53,195 nt of DNA from an uncultured archaeon. Its GTDB lineage: Archaea > Asgardarchaeota > Heimdallarchaeia > Heimdallarchaeales > Heimdallarchaeaceae. Positions within the stretch are counted from its first letter, which is position 1, and every line of letters starts with the position of its first letter. Below the pieces are notes generated by a model. The model searched no databases and was not told the DNA's origin. It was given only the letters and a program-made list of their open reading frames with translations. Positions 47,391 to 53,195 of this stretch are shown piece after piece. Both the position numbers and the translations under genes were made by a program. Location: contig CAZHRF010000002.1 of the NCBI GenBank assembly GCA_964534625.1, positions 1 through 53,195 on the forward strand. The letters are read 5' to 3'.

Positions 47391-50108
47391 GTGAGTATGG
47401 TTTTTGATGTTAAACTCTTTGAGAAGATAAAAGAACGATATGGTATAAGCTATGCTAATAATAGAGAAGAGTTTGTCATAAAACTTGCATTGAAAGGATA
47501 TTCTTACATGTATGAAGAAAATGCAGAAGAGGTAAAAAAAATTTCAGATTATCTCTCTCAGATAGTAGAACATTGGTCAGATGATGTTCTTTACACAAAA
47601 TACTATTTATATCGAGCCCAGGTATCTTCATTATTAAATGAGAACGAGTTACATTACCTAAAAAAAGCTCTTGAACATTCTAAGAAATTTGGTGATCAAA
47701 ACATCTCTCACGGGATATTATTACAAATTGCAGATACTGAATTTAAAGAAAAAAAATACGATAGTGCTCTTGAAACTTTGGAAAATATCAAGACAAAAGT
47801 AGACATCACAGAAGTAGATCGAGAGGCGTATTATGAATTAAAATCCCGTATCTATTGGCAGCTCGACGATTACAAAAAAGGATTTGAAGCAACCTATGAA
47901 TGGTTTAAATCCCTTGTAAAAAACTCTGATGATATAATTACATTGTTTATTGTTATTGTCTATTTACTTACTGTGATGTCTTCTGTTGATTTGTCGAAGG
48001 AAGAGGACAAACTTTCTCAAATTAGATCCGAGATAGAACAGGTGATGTCTTCTATAGCAAAACAAACAACTAACTTAGAAGAAGTCATAGATAGCTTGGA
48101 TATATTGTTCGCTGAATCTGTTGCTATTGTTCAACCTTCCTTCTTAGACGACTTTGCTGATTTGCTTTTAAGAACTACAAGATGGATGAATCCCTCTCGT
48201 TATCTCTATCTGGCATTAAAACTAATCGATGTGTTTGTCAATCTAGAAAAGAATGAAAAAGCATTACAAATTGTTGAATTGGCTATTAATTATGCAAAAG
48301 AACAAAAGTATGATAAGATCCTGTATTCTCTTAAAGTTAAAAAAATAGAACTATCCAATATTGTCTTTTATTTTGTTCCAATTAAGCCTTATTTCGAGAC
48401 AGAGCGAATTGATGAGTTAGAAATACATATTAATGGTATTTCTTCAAAAAGGTATCTTCAACCATATTGTTTTCCTTCAGGGATATTCCCCTCAGCGTCT
48501 TATTCTCATTTCATAACCATGTTAAAAGATGTAAAAGAACCAATATTATACGATAAGACGTTTTCAATTAAAGGATTACCTGATGAGGAAGAGCGCGAGT
48601 ATTTTATACTTGAAATGGAAATAGGTGAAGAACAATATTCTTTGTTACTAAAACAAGAATATAGAACAGATATTGAACATGACGGACAGTTTAAAGCAAC
48701 GGTTTTACCACATTATACAATCATGGGACAGATAAGTGAAAAGAAAGAAAAACCGTTAATAGATGTCTATGATATTGAAAAATTGCTATTACGTCTTCAA
48801 AAAGCAATGAATTGTCCAATTTCATCAATAAGGTTGATTTTTCCAGAAGATAGTTCCCAATTAAAAATTTTAAGGTATTATATATACGATAAAGAGTTTA
48901 AATCATTAAAAGTGCATCTTAAGAAAATAGCGAGAGATATGGCTGATAAGTATCCTATAGTTAAAAACAATGAGTTTCTAAAAATTCTTGATATTGATCC
49001 AATAACGCTATTTGATTTAAGTCTTAGAACAACAGAAAACATCGAACCTCTATTGAACATGATAAATGATGCATATGGATATGATTTAGATACTAAAACA
49101 TTCAAACAATTCATTGTAGATATACTAGAAAAGGCTATAAGCAAATCTAGTCCAGAGTATTTAGAGGAATTTTATCATAATTATTCTTGGTTGCAACTCA
49201 AAGCAGAATTGTTTGATGAGCGAAAGTCTCTAGAAGAAAAATTAGATTTATGTGAGAGAATGCAAAAAATTGCAAATACATTGCATAGCGAAGAAAAGAA
49301 ACTAGAAGTAATATTCTTCCAAATTATAAATGAGTATAGAAAAACCAATATAATATCACAGGAATTAGTAAAAAAACTTCTGGAAATGGCAAATGTGTTT
49401 GAAAGCGAAAAATACCAGGGATTTGCACAAATATTGCTTGAAATAAAACATTTAGAACCAGAACCAAGCTCTGAACAATTAGAAAAAACATTAGGGATAA
49501 TTTGTAGATTGTCGGAAACACATGGTAGCATAGATAAAACCGAGGAGATTTTTTATTTATTATTATCCCAAATAGGGCTTGATACGGCATTTGAATATTG
49601 TTTATATAAAAAAACCTTAAAATGCCATTTAACACCAATAGTATTAGATTTTATAAATAAACTAATTGAACATGATAAGATTGATAAAGCTCACATATTG
49701 CTAGAACATTTTAAAACAAGTCTAAATACTGAAAAAAAAGAAAAGAAAAGTTTTTCTTCTAGGTGGCTCTATTCTTATACTCAAACGAATTTACTCTTAT
49801 ATGATTTACATCAAGGATTGATAGATATAAGTAAAAGTGATGATAGAAAAGAACTAGAAATAATAATTGATGATATATTAGAGTATCATACATGGGTTAA
49901 TGATCCAGTAAAATTAGTTGAAATATTGATTGACAAAATAAAATGCAAATTACAATGTTCAGCGTATTGTGCATCTGAACCCTATGTAAATTGGATAGAT
50001 CAAGTGATACAGATGAACATTCCAATATTTAAAGAACCACAAAATGTTGATATATTAGAGAGAGCAAGAAATATTCAAAACAAAGTCATAGATCAACACT
50101 ATCACTGA
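47391..50108 (+). CDS. large TPR/alpha-solenoid hypothetical protein
   Basis: 905 aa, TPR-like helices at both ends with a central beta-rich segment. Confidence 0.75.
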   Translation: MSMVFDVKLFEKIKERYGISYANNREEFVIKLALKGYSYMYEENAEEVKKISDYLSQIVEHWSDDVLYTKYYLYRAQVSSLLNENELHYLKKALEHSKKFGDQNISHGILLQIADTEFKEKKYDSALETLENIKTKVDITEVDREAYYELKSRIYWQLDDYKKGFEATYEWFKSLVKNSDDIITLFIVIVYLLTVMSSVDLSKEEDKLSQIRSEIEQVMSSIAKQTTNLEEVIDSLDILFAESVAIVQPSFLDDFADLLLRTTRWMNPSRYLYLALKLIDVFVNLEKNEKALQIVELAINYAKEQKYDKILYSLKVKKIELSNIVFYFVPIKPYFETERIDELEIHINGISSKRYLQPYCFPSGIFPSASYSHFITMLKDVKEPILYDKTFSIKGLPDEEEREYFILEMEIGEEQYSLLLKQEYRTDIEHDGQFKATVLPHYTIMGQISEKKEKPLIDVYDIEKLLLRLQKAMNCPISSIRLIFPEDSSQLKILRYYIYDKEFKSLKVHLKKIARDMADKYPIVKNNEFLKILDIDPITLFDLSLRTTENIEPLLNMINDAYGYDLDTKTFKQFIVDILEKAISKSSPEYLEEFYHNYSWLQLKAELFDERKSLEEKLDLCERMQKIANTLHSEEKKLEVIFFQIINEYRKTNIISQELVKKLLEMANVFESEKYQGFAQILLEIKHLEPEPSSEQLEKTLGIICRLSETHGSIDKTEEIFYLLLSQIGLDTAFEYCLYKKTLKCHLTPIVLDFINKLIEHDKIDKAHILLEHFKTSLNTEKKEKKSFSSRWLYSYTQTNLLLYDLHQGLIDISKSDDRKELEIIIDDILEYHTWVNDPVKLVEILIDKIKCKLQCSAYCASEPYVNWIDQVIQMNIPIFKEPQNVDILERARNIQNKVIDQHYH

Positions 50109-50132
50109 TATCTAACTTAGATGTGTTATTCT

Positions 50133-51779
50133 CTATATAATATACTTTGTATTTCTTTTGATATAATTATAATAGTCCTCAACCTGTTTTATTACGTCAT
50201 TCTTCCGTTGCTTTTTATCATATCTTGAAAATTTAGGATGATTAATCAATTGTTGTTTAACATACTCAATTAATGGTTCTCCATGGCTTGGAACTAAATC
50301 TAAATGTAATCTCCTGATGAATATATCTTGTAATGTGAAAACATACTCGTTTTCAATTAGATAGGGTATTTCTGCTTTTATGATGGGTAATTCGCTGCTT
50401 ATTTGTTCTCTTAGTGTTGTATCTTTCTTTATTAAATCAATAATATCCTCAACACGTGTTCCATATGTTTTTAGCAAATGTTGTGCAGTTGTAACTTTAA
50501 ATTGCATTTTAATTAGCATGTCTAACATGTTAGTTCTGAAAGTTTCATAATCTTGGCTCTTTGAGCCTGGTAGGTTGATTTTATCTGTTTGGCATTTTGA
50601 ACCCTTTTTGATCCACTTTGATACTTTATTTACTGCTTTTTCTGCTAATAAGCGATATGTGGTTATTTTACCTCCAACAACAATTAAAATTCCTTGCTCG
50701 GGTACAAAAAATCTGAAATCTCGTGGTATATCTGTAACTATGGTCTTTGCACTCACTAATGGTCTAGCACCAGCAAATGCCGAGTAGACTTTATCACGTG
50801 AAAATAAATCCTCCTCCTCACAAATTCTTTTAGTTTCGGCTAACAAAAAATCAATGTCTTCTTTTGGTGGGTTAATATTGTCTGGATCTCCTTTGTAAAC
50901 ATTATCTGTGGTACCGACAAGAGCGTATTTTCCCCAAGGTACAATAAATCCGCCACTTTTTCTATTTTGATAAAAAAAACCTATAGCATCTTCTGCAAAT
51001 TTTTGTGAGAGCATAATATGTATACCTAGAGAAGCAGTAATATCCGGGAGATTGAATTTTTCATCCCATAACTCATTTGTCCAAATTCCCACAACGCTAG
51101 CTATTGTTTTTGTTTTAATGATAAATTCTTTATTGAGTATTTTATCCTTAACAGTAATCTCTTTTATTGCATTTTCTGTGTTAATTATTTTAACTTCTGC
51201 ATAATTCAGTATAGTAGCCCCATTATTCTCTGCAGCTATGGCATTTTCTATACATAATCTGGAGTCATCAGAAACTGCATCAATAAATGCACCACCACCC
51301 TTTAGTCCCTTTTTCTTGAGCCAAGGGATCAACTCTAAAATTTCATCTTTAGAGAATCTTTCATGTCTGGGTTTTTTGAACCCTGAAAAAAGATCATATA
51401 AAAACAAACCTATATAGAGAAAAAGTTTGGGTATTCTGTCTTCTTTATATATTGGAAAAACAAAGCGTAAGGGATGAATAATGTGGGGGGCTATTTTTTT
51501 CAAGATATTTCTTTCTCTAACACTTTCTAAAACCATCTTAAATTGTAATGTTTCGAAATATCTGATACCACCATGAATTAATTTTGCGCTTTTTGAACTA
51601 GTTCCTGCAGCAAAATCTCCTTTTTCTACGAGGGAGACCTTTAATCCTCTCATCCTCGCATCCCTTGCTATGCCTAATCCATTAATACCCCCTCCAATTA
51701 CTAAAAGATCAAAAATCTCTCCTTCTATCTGTTCTAATTTATTTTCTCTATCCCTTTTGATTTCACTTTTTTGAATCAT
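50133..51779 (-). CDS. glpD: FAD-dependent glycerol-3-phosphate dehydrogenase/oxidase
   Basis: IGGGING, GTSSKSAKLIHGGIRY, DDSRL, GTTD, GARPL, GGKITTYR. Confidence 0.93.
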   Translation of the reverse strand: MIQKSEIKRDRENKLEQIEGEIFDLLVIGGGINGLGIARDARMRGLKVSLVEKGDFAAGTSSKSAKLIHGGIRYFETLQFKMVLESVRERNILKKIAPHIIHPLRFVFPIYKEDRIPKLFLYIGLFLYDLFSGFKKPRHERFSKDEILELIPWLKKKGLKGGGAFIDAVSDDSRLCIENAIAAENNGATILNYAEVKIINTENAIKEITVKDKILNKEFIIKTKTIASVVGIWTNELWDEKFNLPDITASLGIHIMLSQKFAEDAIGFFYQNRKSGGFIVPWGKYALVGTTDNVYKGDPDNINPPKEDIDFLLAETKRICEEEDLFSRDKVYSAFAGARPLVSAKTIVTDIPRDFRFFVPEQGILIVVGGKITTYRLLAEKAVNKVSKWIKKGSKCQTDKINLPGSKSQDYETFRTNMLDMLIKMQFKVTTAQHLLKTYGTRVEDIIDLIKKDTTLREQISSELPIIKAEIPYLIENEYVFTLQDIFIRRLHLDLVPSHGEPLIEYVKQQLINHPKFSRYDKKQRKNDVIKQVEDYYNYIKRNTKYII

Positions 51780-52033
51780 TCTATAATATAAACTTTTATA
51801 ACTCTTTTAAATACTTGTAAAAGGTTGAGTGATTTTTTTTTAACTAGATATATACAACAAAAAACATTAATAACCCCTCTGTATAACTCTCTGGAAATGG
51901 CATTTATGAAATAATGGGGGTGTGAAGTCCTTGTATTACATTTGGTTTCATTCATAATGTTTATCAATAGACTACAATAATAAGTAACTTGTAACACTAA
52001 ACATAGACAAACTACTAAAAACGTGGTTCTCTA

Positions 52034-53195
52034 ATGCCTAGTAAAAAAAACATCACAATATTATCCATAGGTTCGGAAATTAGCCCTTTCATAAAAGGAA
52101 TAATTGACCATGATAGCCTAGCCTATAAGCTAATTACAAACAATGCGTGTGATTTTCAGATACACCATGCAGATCCTTCAAAAGTCTTAGATTATCATCT
52201 TGAATTTACAAATATAATTGAACAAAAAGCTAAAAAAAGTATAGACTCATTGACTATTTTTGAGACTTTGGGTCAGTTTTTAGATTTTTATAATCCTTTA
52301 CATCTCTCGACATTGAATTATTTAATATCCAAATACGCAACAAATATGAAAACCAAAGATAAAAAATACTCTGAAGTATGGAAAGAAATATCTTCAAAAA
52401 TATTTGATGAAGAGTTTATTCTACCCTTATTTGATGAGCCTAGGATATTACATATTAAAAAAGGTGAAGTAGAAGTACCTGTTAGACAGTATCTTTTATC
52501 TGAAAAAATTGAAGCAGACACCAAGAAAAAATCGAATTCAAAAGGAAAAGGAGAGGAGGAAGAAGAGATAACTGGTATTATTGATTTAGATGAAATTAAA
52601 AAGATGAAAATATGTAATGAAGCTGCCAAAGAAATCGAAAATTCAGATGCTGTTATTATTGTACCCACTGATGTAATTTCTTTATTTATTTTAACTCATT
52701 CGTCCGTTTTTAAAGAAATAATTAAAAAAACTTCAGGAAAAATAACAATTATATCGCCACTTTGGGAAGATCATAAAATATCTCCACAAGAGAAAGTAAT
52801 ACTAGAAAAAACAGGATTTAACCCTACTATAGAAGAAATTACGAAACTTGTAAAAGATATTGTTGATACTATCGTTGTAGATGAAAAAGAGGGTGATTCT
52901 GTTTCTAAATTGAGAGATTCAAATATTACCGTGTTAGTCGAGAATTTATCTCCAGAAAACCAGTATTCAGATGAGTTTATCGATGTAATATTAAAATCTG
53001 TTGAACTAGATATAGATGATTTAAGAGTTGAAAAGAAAAAAGAAAAGGAAGGGATTGGTGAAAAACTAATCAATATTTTTAATATACGCTCTGAATCAGA
53101 TAAAGAATCTCCAGACGCTGAAGTTGAGGGTACTCATGAAGAATCTCCAGACGTTGAAGTTGAGGGTGCCCATGAAGAATCTGCAGACGTTGAAG
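52034..53195 (+). CDS. 3'-truncated divergent CofD (2-phospho-L-lactate transferase)-like protein with acidic tandem-repeat tail
   Basis: Not in the ORF track. Open from ATG 52034 to the window end: ITILSIG...FIKGI; EAAKEIENSDAVIIVPTDVISL; KITIISPL; KDIVDTIVVDE resemble CofD segments. Confidence 0.6.
   Translation, partial: MPSKKNITILSIGSEISPFIKGIIDHDSLAYKLITNNACDFQIHHADPSKVLDYHLEFTNIIEQKAKKSIDSLTIFETLGQFLDFYNPLHLSTLNYLISKYATNMKTKDKKYSEVWKEISSKIFDEEFILPLFDEPRILHIKKGEVEVPVRQYLLSEKIEADTKKKSNSKGKGEEEEEITGIIDLDEIKKMKICNEAAKEIENSDAVIIVPTDVISLFILTHSSVFKEIIKKTSGKITIISPLWEDHKISPQEKVILEKTGFNPTIEEITKLVKDIVDTIVVDEKEGDSVSKLRDSNITVLVENLSPENQYSDEFIDVILKSVELDIDDLRVEKKKEKEGIGEKLINIFNIRSESDKESPDAEVEGTHEESPDVEVEGAHEESADVE
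53105..53195 (+). repeat. 36-bp coding tandem repeat (ESPDxEVEGxHE), at least 2.5 copies, truncated
   Basis: Units start at 53105, 53141 and 53177. Confidence 0.9.

Overview
This is an AT-rich, gene-dense archaeal chromosomal window, most likely from an Asgard archaeon (Heimdallarchaeia-like; this is an inference from a profilin, an Arf-like GTPase fused to a longin/roadblock-like domain, a GIFT/IFT52-like protein, archaeal TATA boxes and oligo-T terminators). About 43 CDS mix housekeeping and metabolic genes (HypA/HypB, Xaa-Pro peptidase, thioredoxin reductase, macrodomain, agmatinase-like, TldD/PmbA, HADs, MBL hydrolase, malic enzyme, acyl-CoA ligase, GlpD), an ArsR/DUF318 permease/thioredoxin/DGC cluster, two Ig-domain surface proteins and several membrane- or cytoskeleton-related proteins. 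I saw no rRNA, tRNA, CRISPR array or transposase. Highlights: (1) a full-length P-type IIA ATPase lacking the phosphorylated Asp (DKTGT to GKTGT) and the hinge Asp (GDGVND to GRGVND) but keeping its membrane ion-binding residues; (2) a dispersed ~100-bp element, four copies, built from two 7-6-7 palindromes and sitting in poly(A/T) tracts; (3) a second MITE with 5-bp target duplication and an IS200/IS605-type end remnant that supplies a gene's C-terminus; (4) a SHOCT/coiled-coil/triple PRC-barrel protein divergent from profilin, near YdjG/YdjI-like and GIFT proteins; (5) a candidate ~350-nt structured RNA; (6) an apparent ATA start codon for tldD. All family calls come from motif recognition by eye, with no database searches.
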